This document shows positions 1 to 8,559 of a stretch of 64,000 nt of DNA, in pieces. The first letter of the stretch is position 1. Every line of letters begins with the position of its first letter. The translations under genes and the position numbers were made by a program. Below the pieces are notes generated by a model that saw nothing but the letters and a program-made list of their open reading frames with translations, searched no databases and was not told the DNA's origin. Origin of the DNA: a virus; the IMG/VR virus record IMGVR_UViG_3300046314_000558, positions 1 through 64,000 of that record, one strand, 5' to 3'.

Positions 1-214
1 GGGTGGACGGGGACGATTGTGCTGTGGTATGGCACCGAAAAGGTTGTTGGTTTTTCCTCATATAGGCCGCGTGTGGGTGGGCGCACTGGCATTTGTGAAA
101 ATAAAGGTCTACTAACCGCCCCCGTCTTGCAAACAAAAGTATACATAGGGTAAACACCTAGAAAATAATTCTAAAACTTGTTGACCGTGCGGGAATCTGT
201 GATATAATAAACCC

Positions 215-379
215 ATGACAACGAAACAACAAGCCATTGACGCAATCATGGCACATGACCCAAAAGCATACGGCATTGTTCAACATGACGAGAAAAATTT
301 TTCTGCACGCATTGGCTATTGCATTGCTTATTATGTTATAATTGACGGACAGATTAAAGGAGATGTATGGTATGAGTAA
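215..379 (+). CDS. Hypothetical 54-aa pre-early protein, apparently leaderless
   Basis: Hand-translated ORF (MTTKQQAID...WYE); ATG lies 6 nt after TATAAT (203-208). Confidence 0.6.
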   Translation: MTTKQQAIDAIMAHDPKAYGIVQHDEKNFSARIGYCIAYYVIIDGQIKGDVWYE

Positions 380-464
380 ACGAGAATTTTTTGATGCGCT
401 TGGTTTTGCCGCTTGCATTGCCTTGCCTTTTGTGTTATACTTTGCTTTTGTAATGAAACCCTGA
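372..464 (+). CDS. 30-aa hydrophobic membrane peptide
   Basis: MSKREFFDALGFAACIALPFVLYFAFVMKP; AAGGAG Shine-Dalgarno upstream. Confidence 0.5.
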   Translation: MSKREFFDALGFAACIALPFVLYFAFVMKP

Positions 465-477
465 TTAACTGGAGAAA

Positions 478-804
478 TTGATGACTACCAAGACTGTGAA
501 CTATACCCCTGAGCAAACTGCTCAGATTGTGGCTGACTATCAAGCCGGTGCAACTGTTGAGGCCATTGCTGAAGCATTGGGCAAAACTGTGCGCTCTGTT
601 GTTGCCAAGCTCTCACGCGAGAAGGTTTACAAGGCTAAAACTTATGTTTCTAAAACTGGCGAAGCTGTTGTAAAAAAGGATACTGTTGCTGACTACATTG
701 GCGAGGCATTGGGCTTGGCTGAGGCTGATACGGAATCGCTAACCAAGGCTAACAAAAACGCACTGAAGGCGATCGCTGATTTCATTAAGGCTGAAAAGAC
801 CTGA
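478..804 (+). CDS. T5 A2-like DNA-binding protein (paralog 1)
   Basis: YTPEQ..DYQAG..VEAIAEALGKTVRSVVAKLSREKVY HTH-like motif resembling T5 A2; GGAG SD; terminator follows. Confidence 0.75.
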   Translation: MMTTKTVNYTPEQTAQIVADYQAGATVEAIAEALGKTVRSVVAKLSREKVYKAKTYVSKTGEAVVKKDTVADYIGEALGLAEADTESLTKANKNALKAIADFIKAEKT

Positions 805-810
805 TTGATT

Positions 811-837
811 GTAGGGGCTTTGTGCCCCTGCTTTTTT
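811..837 (+). terminator. Rho-independent terminator
   Basis: GTAGGGGC-loop-GCCCCTGC followed by a T-run. Confidence 0.8.
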
Positions 838-853
838 GTGATATAATACACTC

Positions 854-991
854 ATGAACACAACACTTCAAAAACTCTACGCGGCCTGGTCACTGTCTGG
901 TGACTACTATGATGCAATAATGGACGGTATGCCCAACTGGGTTACTGATGACACTATTGATGACTGGTTTTATTCACAATTAGGAATGTAA
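854..991 (+). CDS. Hypothetical 45-aa protein, apparently leaderless
   Basis: Hand-translated ORF; ATG 6 nt after TATAAT. Confidence 0.55.
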   Translation: MNTTLQKLYAAWSLSGDYYDAIMDGMPNWVTDDTIDDWFYSQLGM

Positions 992-1174
992 AATGAGAAT
1001 TAATCCGGACGGAACAGTAAATATTAACTTACGAGAATTAGCCGATATTATCTCAGGACTTGCCTTAGAGGGATTATTAGAGTTGCCTGATAATCTAATG
1101 CAAAAAGCAGATAACGGACAATTATCTGTGATAATTGAAAATAAAGAGATTTGTATTTATTAATACCTGAGTTT

Positions 1175-1244
1175 GCAAACCAAAATGAGTACTTTGGTTT
1201 GCGGGCGCGCCAATATTATACCACATAATATTGGGGCGTGTCAA
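1175..1244 (-). promoter_or_regulatory. Leftward sigma70 promoter plus conserved hairpin (cassette 1)
   Basis: TTGACA-18nt-TATAAT on the minus strand, then GCAAACCAAAGTACTCA hairpin. Confidence 0.8.
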
Positions 1245-1370
1245 TGGTTTGGTGATTGATTTTTTCAATCGGGGCGATAGATAAATACAATCGAAATAAT
1301 TGTGTAAAGCGTGGACAATCGGGGAAAATCCGTGTATAATTGACACATCAACACAGAACAGAGGTTCAAA

Positions 1371-1847
1371 ATGGCAAAGATTACTAAAGTTAGCATTTAC
1401 GATATGGATGGTACTATCGTTTGCAGTTTGCACAGATACCGCACAATCGTTGACGATTCGGGCGAACGTATCGACTTGGATTACTGGAGACAAAATGAGT
1501 ATCGTGCTATGGATGATTCATTATTGCCATTAGCCGCACAATATCGCCGTGACTTGCAAGACGAAAACTGTTTTGTGATTATTGCCACTGCCCGTGTTTT
1601 GCGTGATGCTGATAATACATTTATTCGTGATGTATTGGGCGAACCTGATTATATTATTTCACGTTGCGATGGTGATACCACATCAGGCGGTAAATTGAAA
1701 ATTACCGGATTAACTAAGTTTTTTAATCTCAAGCCTTTTCAAAATGCTGAATTTACATTTTATGAAGATAATACCACTTATTTAAAAGCGGTTTGTGATC
1801 GCTTTAATATTCGCGGGGTTTATGTTCCGTCAAAACAAGGCCACTAA
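1371..1847 (+). CDS. HAD-superfamily phosphatase
   Basis: DMDGT motif I, TAR motif II, EDN motif IV; GAGG SD. Confidence 0.75.
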   Translation: MAKITKVSIYDMDGTIVCSLHRYRTIVDDSGERIDLDYWRQNEYRAMDDSLLPLAAQYRRDLQDENCFVIIATARVLRDADNTFIRDVLGEPDYIISRCDGDTTSGGKLKITGLTKFFNLKPFQNAEFTFYEDNTTYLKAVCDRFNIRGVYVPSKQGH

Positions 1848-2035
1848 TATATAATCCCCTAGGGGATTATCTGGAGAATAAAATGATTAATCGCATTAAA
1901 TTTTGGCTCAATATGTTATTGATTCCAATATACACTATTGTATTTTTTATTGTTGGGCAGAAACATTTATATAATGAATATAAAGGTGAATTAAAGCTGG
2001 CCATTAATGAAACAAAAAGAAAATACAATATAAAA

Positions 2036-2121
2036 TAACACTTTTGTTTGCAAACCAATTGTAATACTTTGGTTTGCAAAACTGCGCCAAAATTATACCA
2101 CATAATTTTGGCCCGTGTCAA
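2036..2121 (-). promoter_or_regulatory. Leftward sigma70 promoter plus conserved hairpin (cassette 2)
   Basis: TTGACA-18-TATAAT; TTTGCAAACCAA/TTGGTTTGCAAA inverted repeat. Confidence 0.8.
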
Positions 2122-2188
2122 GCTTTTTTGTATAACTTATTTTTTGTGTGTGTTTAAAACGCAACATTTTTTGTGGTATAATTCTCAC

Positions 2189-2572
2189 ATGGACAAAAAA
2201 GCACTCTTAACCCACATTCAGCGCGAGACTGTAATGATTTGGGATTCACTTTGCGAAATTTATACACCTTTGGTTCACTACAATGAACCCAAAATAGAAC
2301 TTAACCCTTACATTTGGCGTTGTGCGGGACAATGTTTTCAGGACGAAAACCGTATACAAATGGGTTACAAATTTTTCAAATGGAATACTAACTATTTCAA
2401 TACTATGATGGATGTGATTTTACCTCATGAAATTATACATCAAGCCGATTATAATTTATTCGGTGACTCTGAAAAAATTTGTGGTCACGGTGAAAAATGG
2501 CGTGAAATCATGGTAAACTATGGGCTTGAGCCTAACCCATATCACTCAATGGAGATTCCTAAAAATGCTTAA
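2189..2572 (+). CDS. SprT-like zinc metalloprotease-domain protein
   Basis: HEIIH plus GHGEKWREIM motif; true start probably the ATG at 2189, 6 nt after TATAAT. Confidence 0.75.
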   Translation: MDKKALLTHIQRETVMIWDSLCEIYTPLVHYNEPKIELNPYIWRCAGQCFQDENRIQMGYKFFKWNTNYFNTMMDVILPHEIIHQADYNLFGDSEKICGHGEKWREIMVNYGLEPNPYHSMEIPKNA

Positions 2573-2780
2573 CGTCTTGTCTTGGTTTGGTACTTTTGTT
2601 TCAATTTTAGGTTCGTTTGCAGTTGCAAGCGCAATGTTTAAAATTGGTTATGTTTTGTTTACTTTTGGTTCACTCTCTTGGCTTATCGTGGCTTGGGTCA
2701 AGCGTGACAAGGCTTTGGGGGTTTTGAACGGCACATTTTTTGCCGCTAACTTGTTGGGAATTTACAACAACTTTTTTTAA
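2565..2780 (+). CDS. Small membrane protein (about 3 TM)
   Basis: Three hydrophobic segments; GGAG SD. Confidence 0.6.
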   Translation: MLNVLSWFGTFVSILGSFAVASAMFKIGYVLFTFGSLSWLIVAWVKRDKALGVLNGTFFAANLLGIYNNFF

Positions 2781-2888
2781 ATTATTTTCGGGTTTTCTGG
2801 TTTTCCCACAAAAACCCTTGTATAATACATTCATACCGCAAAACGGCGGTATCCGCGAATTCCGGCGGTTCCGGTAATTGGATACAAA

Positions 2889-3587
2889 ATGGCTAAAAAA
2901 CAATTCTTTGCAATTCTTGACACTGAAACCACAATCGAAAATACCGTGGCTGATTTTGCGATTATTATCGTTGACCGACAAGGCAAAATTCACAATCAAT
3001 GCGCGGTTTTGATTAACGGCCATTATAATAATTTTGAATTGTTCCACGACAAAAAAGCCAATGATATTTGGGGATATGCGGGTTTGGAAAAACGCAAAGC
3101 CAATTATGTAAAAATGCTTGATAATGGCACGCGTATGCTTGCATCAGTTAATGCCGTTAATAAATGGATTAATCAAGCCATTGGCAAGTATAATCCAACT
3201 CTTACCGCATATAATCTGGCTTTTGATTTGGACAAATGCCAAAATACTGATATTGACCTTTCAGGTTTTAATTCCAAATTTTGTTTGTGGCAAGCCGCTA
3301 TTGGTAATATCTGCAATAGAAAACAATATCGTGATTTTGTTTTGCAAAATCACCTTTTTAATAAGCCTACAGTTAATCACAATATGACTTTTTCAACTAC
3401 GGCAGAATCAGTTTGTGGTTTTATTGACGGCGAATTTAAAATCGAGCCTCATACTGCCCTAGAAGATGCCCGTGATTTTGAATTACCGATTTTGCAAGCC
3501 ATTGTTAATAAGCGCGACTGGCGCGAGAAAATGACCCCTTATAACTGGAAACAGTTTCAGGTAAAAGATCACTTCAAAGCGGCTTAA
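2889..3587 (+). CDS. DEDDh 3'-5' exonuclease
   Basis: LDTET, AYNLAFD and HTALEDA motifs. Confidence 0.8.
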   Translation: MAKKQFFAILDTETTIENTVADFAIIIVDRQGKIHNQCAVLINGHYNNFELFHDKKANDIWGYAGLEKRKANYVKMLDNGTRMLASVNAVNKWINQAIGKYNPTLTAYNLAFDLDKCQNTDIDLSGFNSKFCLWQAAIGNICNRKQYRDFVLQNHLFNKPTVNHNMTFSTTAESVCGFIDGEFKIEPHTALEDARDFELPILQAIVNKRDWREKMTPYNWKQFQVKDHFKAA

Positions 3588-3624
3588 TATATAATAACCC
3601 TTCGGGGTTATTCAAAGGATTATC

Positions 3625-3873
3625 ATGGAATATATCGGATGGATTGGCTCAATATTATTGGCATTTTGTGGATTACCTCAAGCGTGGGAATCTTATAAAA
3701 CAAAATCGTCAGACGGATTAACTTGGGGATTTTTGATTATGTGGGGCGTGGGTGAATTATTTACAATTGTTTATATTATCCCAAAATGGCATTGGCCACT
3801 GATATTTAATTATACGGCCAACATTATATTTATTTCAATAATCACGTATTATAAAGTCAGGGGTAAAAAATGA
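3625..3873 (+). CDS. PQ-loop / SemiSWEET-like membrane protein
   Basis: LPQAW..YKTKSSDGLTW motif; 3 TM; 82 aa. Confidence 0.75.
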   Translation: MEYIGWIGSILLAFCGLPQAWESYKTKSSDGLTWGFLIMWGVGELFTIVYIIPKWHWPLIFNYTANIIFISIITYYKVRGKK

Positions 3874-4036
3874 AAGAATTAACCATTATAATTGGCGAAT
3901 ATATTGAAGATAATAAAAATCAATACGATATATTAACTGTGACTGATTCTCAGGAATGGGCGGAATATATAATTGAAATATATAATCGTGATTATGACAA
4001 TATACGTCAAGAAAAACATTATCTAAACGCTTAAAT

Positions 4037-4151
4037 AAAAAGCCCCACAAGGGGCTTTTTTGCGTTCAGAAACAAAAGTACTCACCACCAAAAATGAGTA
4101 CTTTTGTTTCTGGGCGCGCCGATTTTATCATTAAAATTGTGCCCGTGTCAA
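4037..4151 (-). ncRNA. Leftward promoter, about 80-nt hairpin sRNA and terminator (cassette 3)
   Basis: TTGACA-18-TAAAAT; perfect 18-bp inverted repeat CAGAAACAAAAGTACTCA (4067-4084 / 4095-4112); bidirectional terminator 4037-4061. Confidence 0.65.
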
Positions 4152-4326
4152 GTTTTTGGTAATAACTTATTTTTTGTGTGTGTTTAAAACGCAACACCAC
4201 ATTGTGCTATAATTTAGCCTTAGCAGGGAACGAATCAGCAAAGACCCCACAAAAAATAAGTCTTGCAAGACACCAAAAACCTGCTATAATATAGGCTTCA
4301 ACACACAACACACAAAGGAAACCAAA

Positions 4327-4656
4327 ATGTCTGCATCAAAAGCTGTTAACTATACCCCAGAGCAAACCACCAAAATGGTGGCCGATTATGCGGCTGGCGT
4401 GACCGTGGAAACCATCGCCGAATCACTGGGTAAAACTGTTCGTTCAGTTGTGGCCAAATTGTCACGCGAAAAGGTTTACAAAGCTAAAACCTACGTTTCT
4501 AAAACTGGCGCTCCAGTAGTCAAAAAGGATGCGCACGCAGATGCGATTGGCGCGATTTTGAGCATGACTGAATCGGAAATCGAATCGCTTACAAAAGCCA
4601 ATAAAACCGCATTGGAAAAGATTTTTTCAGCATTGGCAAATTCTAAGCCAATGTGA
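4327..4656 (+). CDS. T5 A2-like DNA-binding protein (paralog 2)
   Basis: Core nearly identical to 478..804; own promoter and AAGGA SD. Confidence 0.75.
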   Translation: MSASKAVNYTPEQTTKMVADYAAGVTVETIAESLGKTVRSVVAKLSREKVYKAKTYVSKTGAPVVKKDAHADAIGAILSMTESEIESLTKANKTALEKIFSALANSKPM

Positions 4657-4697
4657 TATAATGGGGGCTTGCCCCCCAATTTTTCAAGGAAACTAAA

Positions 4698-4949
4698 ATG
4701 CTTTTCAATTTGCCCTCATTTGCTGATAAACCCGTTATTTTAACTTTTTTACAATTGGGAATTAATCCCCAAGATTATAATGGCTGGACGTTTGCTAAAA
4801 TCCGTCCAGAATATATTAATATTGCGGCGGATTATTTTCTTGATATGTTTGGCGATCGTGATTATGAAACATTCCAGCATTATGAATGGGAAATTGATTA
4901 TCTGCAAGGATTAATTAAAATTCCACGTTCTGCTATACTGGGGGATTAA
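4698..4949 (+). CDS. Hypothetical protein
   Basis: ORF with AAGGA SD. Confidence 0.6.
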   Translation: MLFNLPSFADKPVILTFLQLGINPQDYNGWTFAKIRPEYINIAADYFLDMFGDRDYETFQHYEWEIDYLQGLIKIPRSAILGD

Positions 4950-4950
4950 A

Positions 4951-5151
4951 ATGTCAAAATACCGCATTGTAAAAATGAAATACTGCGATGTCAGCCATAA
5001 GGTTCAAAAAAGGATTTTTGGATTATTTTGGGTTGACACATATTGGCAGTATAAATCAATAAGGGATTGTGAATGGTGGATTAAGGATGAGCTAGAAACT
5101 GCGCGACTTAAAAAAGAAAATCCCCGCGATATTGTTGTGAAAACATATTAA
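4951..5151 (+). CDS. Hypothetical protein
   Basis: Coupled ORF followed by a terminator. Confidence 0.6.
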   Translation: MSKYRIVKMKYCDVSHKVQKRIFGLFWVDTYWQYKSIRDCEWWIKDELETARLKKENPRDIVVKTY

Positions 5152-5152
5152 T

Positions 5153-5286
5153 ATAAACCCGCTATAATGCGGGTTTATTTTTGGCCAAAATAAAATGTAA
5201 TACTTTTGTTTTCAGATAAAATTGCAAACAAAAGTATTACTTTTTGCTGCGCCAAAATTATAGCATAGAATTTTAGCCCTTGTCAA
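5153..5286 (-). ncRNA. Leftward promoter, hairpin sRNA and terminator (cassette 4)
   Basis: TTGACA-18-TATAAT; 15-bp inverted repeat GTAATACTTTTGTTT/AAACAAAAGTATTAC; bidirectional terminator 5153-5182. Confidence 0.6.
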
Positions 5287-5664
5287 GGGTTTTTGTAAAT
5301 ATATTTTTTGTGTTGTTTTTTTTTTTTTTGCACCTGGCACGATTCTTGCGCCGCAGGCCAAACGCGAATCATTCTCATTTGCATTCGCAATTGCGTGTAT
5401 GCGCATATAATTATATACTTATATAAGCCGTTGCTTATATGTGTACTTTAGTACACATGCGCTTTGCGCCAAAGTGGGTAAGTGGAAAAGCTTGCATAAT
5501 GCGCCAAAGTGGAAAAGCTTTTCAAATGCATATTTGTGGAGCTTCTTGCGCCAATATTATATAGTGGAAAAACTTTGCAAGTCAAGTGCAAAATTTTGCA
5601 CTTGCATAGTGCAAACACAAGTGGTATAATTATTTTAATAAGTGCAAAATTTGGAGTACAAAAA

Positions 5665-6327
5665 TTGAGAAAATACACACAAGAAGATAAAGAAGTGGTA
5701 AAGCTGTTGCTGGAGCAAGGCATGCCGCCACTAGAAGTAAGTGCAGAAACAGACATACCTGTAGGCACTATTAATGGTTGGAAGGGCAAATGGGGTATAC
5801 GCCACAAAAACTCTTATAAAGACTTGTACAAAGGTACAGTTGGTGAGGTACAGCAACGACTTATAAAAATAATGCAAGAAGCTCCCGAAGTTTGCTACAA
5901 CTACTTTAACAGTGCCAACAGCGGAGTACCTCCAGCAACAACTTACCGTAAATATTTTGGTACCTGGACTGCTGCACTTGAGGCTGCAGGAGTAGTTGCC
6001 AAAGAGGCGGGAGGTGGGCGAAACGTTCAAAAAGAAGATAAGGTTACACTGCTGTACTTGGTAGAATTTGAGGACTTTTACAAAATTGGTATTACTCAGC
6101 AAACAGTAGATCAAAGACTGGGCGGAAGATATCCCGCCTATAAAATATTGTGTACCAAAGAGTTCAACACGTTGGCGGAAGCTAAGCGTGAAGAAGCTAG
6201 GCTGCTTACCGAAGTTAAGCACAAGCAGTACATACCAACAAATTTTCCAGCTGAGGGTCGAGGTTTCACCGAATGCTTTAAGATGACAAAATCCGAATTT
6301 GAAGAATTTTTTCAAAAAATGTTATAA
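5665..6327 (+). CDS. GIY-YIG-family (Seg/T5orf172-like) homing endonuclease with N-terminal HTH
   Basis: LYLVEF..FYKIGIT motif; PPATTYRKYFGTWTAALEAAG endonuclease-associated repeat; TTG start after GGAG. Confidence 0.7.
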   Translation: MRKYTQEDKEVVKLLLEQGMPPLEVSAETDIPVGTINGWKGKWGIRHKNSYKDLYKGTVGEVQQRLIKIMQEAPEVCYNYFNSANSGVPPATTYRKYFGTWTAALEAAGVVAKEAGGGRNVQKEDKVTLLYLVEFEDFYKIGITQQTVDQRLGGRYPAYKILCTKEFNTLAEAKREEARLLTEVKHKQYIPTNFPAEGRGFTECFKMTKSEFEEFFQKML

Positions 6328-6354
6328 TACATTATTGATTGAAAGGAATACCAC

Positions 6355-6486
6355 ATGACAACAGCCGATTTTTTCGCAGATTTTGCATACCATCAGTACT
6401 CGGAATTTGTGGACCACGAACTTCGCGAAATGTTCCAATGTACCAACCCTCAAGACGAAAATTTTGATCTTGATGTTCCATTCTGA
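6355..6486 (+). CDS. 43-aa acidic peptide ending in an SSB-tail-like DLDVPF
   Basis: Hand-translated; AAAGGA SD; TGTTATAAT extended -10 upstream. Confidence 0.6.
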   Translation: MTTADFFADFAYHQYSEFVDHELREMFQCTNPQDENFDLDVPF

Positions 6487-6535
6487 TTCCAGTATAATAA
6501 TATCTTAAACAGCGCAGAAACCAAACAAAGGACAT

Positions 6536-6847
6536 ATGATGACTAAAGCAACCACTCAAAACTACACCCCTGAGCAAACTACCGAACTCGTCGAAGGCTA
6601 CCAAGCGGGCAAAACCGTGGAACAACTCGCCGAGACCCTGGGCAAAACTGTGCGATCAGTAGTCGCCAAGCTCTCACGCGAAGGCGTGTATCAGGCCAAA
6701 ACCGCAACCCGTGGCGTTGCCCGTGTTAAGAAAGCCGAGCTGGTTGACCAACTTGCCCAAGCATGTGGCGTGGCTCCAGAAGTGTTTGAATCACTGGAAA
6801 AAGCCAACCATGACGTCTTGGAAGCACTGGTGGCCAAGCTGGGCTGA
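6536..6847 (+). CDS. T5 A2-like DNA-binding protein (paralog 3)
   Basis: YTPEQ..GKTVRSVVAKLSREGVY motif. Confidence 0.75.
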   Translation: MMTKATTQNYTPEQTTELVEGYQAGKTVEQLAETLGKTVRSVVAKLSREGVYQAKTATRGVARVKKAELVDQLAQACGVAPEVFESLEKANHDVLEALVAKLG

Positions 6848-7059
6848 TGGTGGCGGTTTGGGGTCAAGAAATTTAATCTTGAAACACACAGCCAAATCCA
6901 GTATAATATATACTTAGACAGTCGGGAAGGGCTTAATGAATGGCAAACCAGCAATGAGTTGCCGCCCGTTCCGTGACAGCAGCCCACCTCACTACTCAGC
7001 AATTAGATTGCAACTATCTGTGTGGCTAGTCTGTTCACAACGACTGTCAATTTTTTTAC

Positions 7060-7088
7060 TTGAAACGCTATGTTAAACGGCGTATAAT
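7060..7088 (+). promoter_or_regulatory. Sigma70 promoter for the non-coding locus (a second promoter lies at 6879-6907)
   Basis: TTGAAA-17-TATAAT. Confidence 0.85.
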
Positions 7089-7408
7089 AGATATATATAT
7101 TGGGTGACAGCGGTTCCAGCGATATATTACTGCTATGGAATACGTCTTAATTGTGGGGAAAACCGAGCCACAGCCCTTAGCAACCATAAGTAAGAGTTCA
7201 AACAGTGCTAGCCTGATCTGCTGGGTACTTGTGTGTAGATAATCCGACTAGTAGGGTTCGGCCGAACCACGAACGCTGCATGCTGCAACTGTACTTAGCA
7301 GTTTGTTGAACTCTTTCTTATGGGTGTTATGAGTCCTGGTCTCTACTAGGATAACAACTTGATGGTGACCGAATTCTCTAGTCACCGCCCAACCTTTTTA
7401 GCTAATCT

Positions 7409-7521
7409 GTTTTTAACCCTCTGATGAGCACATGCAAGTTGTGCGAAACTCTAAGTGTCGGGGCAATTGTGCGAACCACTCCCACGGTTCCGATTGCTGC
7501 AACTTAGGGTCAGGACGAAAA
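7409..7521 (+). ncRNA. Type I hammerhead ribozyme
   Basis: CUGAUGA 7421-7427; stem II GCACA/UGUGC; GAAA 7445-7448; 8-bp stem III; GUC 7509-7511; stem I CCU/AGG plus GUUUUU/GAAAAC. Confidence 0.88.
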
Positions 7522-8013
7522 CCCACCGTGCTTCGGCAATCTAGGTGGAAATGAGTAATTCTAGGGAGCCGTCCCTATATCCCTGGCCGCCTTATCCTGT
7601 ACCGGCGTTAAATGGTCTTAATTTCTAGGATTGTAGCCTATATCTACACGAGCAATGGCAACCCGTAAGGTGGCAACGGTCCTGCACAGACCCTAAACCG
7701 TAGCCGAGCTTGGCCCTCGTGGCTGTAAAGCCGACCCTAAGTCGTTAAAAGCTGTGCGTGGTTTGAACATCCAGCACAAGGTGAGGGAGTGCAGCTTAGT
7801 GCATCCAGGGGTGGAGACCCGAACCAATACTGTTAATGCACGGATACTCCTGGTGTGAACTGGAGCCGAAACGTGCAACCATCCCCCGATCCCAAATACT
7901 CAGAGCTAACCCCTGCTGGTATGATTTGCGCGATTTAGGGTCAGCGGCTGTGGTAGCATAAGTCTGATGTGGATAAAAACTTGTTAGTACCTGGACGCAG
8001 GCATAGTTCAACG

Positions 8014-8049
8014 GCCCCCAAGATTCGCTATCTTGGGGGCTTTTGTTTT
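8014..8049 (+). terminator. Rho-independent terminator
   Basis: GCCCCCAAGA/TCTTGGGGGC followed by a T-run. Confidence 0.9.
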
Positions 8050-8077
8050 GGGCGAACACTTTGTGCTGCCGCGTATG

Positions 8078-8114
8078 GCGCCAAATTATACCAGTGCCTA
8101 ACCTATGCTGTCAA
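8078..8114 (-). promoter_or_regulatory. Leftward sigma70 promoter facing the ncRNA locus
   Basis: TTGACA-18-TATAAT followed by TGGCGC, same form as the cassette promoters. Confidence 0.75.
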
Positions 8115-8237
8115 GTGTGTTTTCTACGCACTCTGACCCTAAACTGCAGCAAGCCACACAAATTTTGGGTGATTTGTATAGGCGTAAAAAAGCCCACTTA
8201 ACCGAAATTAAGTGGGCTTTGGCGCATTTGTGTGCGA

Positions 8238-8549
8238 TTATTGTGATTTAGGGTCAGATAACCGCGATTCAATCAATTTAAGTACAACTTTGTTGACCTT
8301 TTCCAGGGATTCCAGCAATTCCAGGTCGCAGTCGAGCAAGGTGGCAATCCGCTCGATGTGTTCCGATTTTTTCACTGGAATTTCACCGCGCTTGTTAACA
8401 TAGGATTTTTTCTGGTAGACTCCAAGGCTTGAGAGCTTGGCAATTATGCTACGAACCGGCACATCCAGCTGGTCAGCTAGCTGTTCAACTGGCACCCCGG
8501 ACTGGTAGTCGTGTACTAGACGGTCACAAATTTCTTTGGTGTATGTCAT
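8238..8549 (-). CDS. A2-like DNA-binding protein (paralog 4)
   Basis: DYQSG.PVEQLADQLDVPVRSIIAKLSSLGVY motif; AGGAG SD; terminator 8186-8220. Confidence 0.7.
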   Translation of the reverse strand: MTYTKEICDRLVHDYQSGVPVEQLADQLDVPVRSIIAKLSSLGVYQKKSYVNKRGEIPVKKSEHIERIATLLDCDLELLESLEKVNKVVLKLIESRLSDPKSQ

Positions 8550-8559
8550 TGTGCGCTCC

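Larger units (their letters stand above)
7095..8049 (+). ncRNA. Putative large structured non-coding RNA (about 950 nt)
   Basis: Bounded by promoter and terminator; no credible ORF; several long helices (7183-7325; 7689/7942). Confidence 0.65.

Noticed and set aside
1175-5240. Repeated hairpins read as a CRISPR array
   Set aside because: Copies are 1-2 kb apart, separated by genes rather than uniform spacers, and no cas genes are present
5316-5329. 14-nt poly-T as a phase-variation tract
   Set aside because: Intergenic and not within a promoter spacer; may be a homopolymer sequencing artefact
7964-7985. Second hammerhead core (CTGATGT)
   Set aside because: Core deviates from CUGANGA and lacks a stem II/GAAA arrangement
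7095-8049. Group I/II intron or RNase P RNA as the identity of the large ncRNA
   Set aside because: No recognisable P7/J8-7 core, domain V or GAGGAAAGUCC motif, and no interrupted gene flanks it
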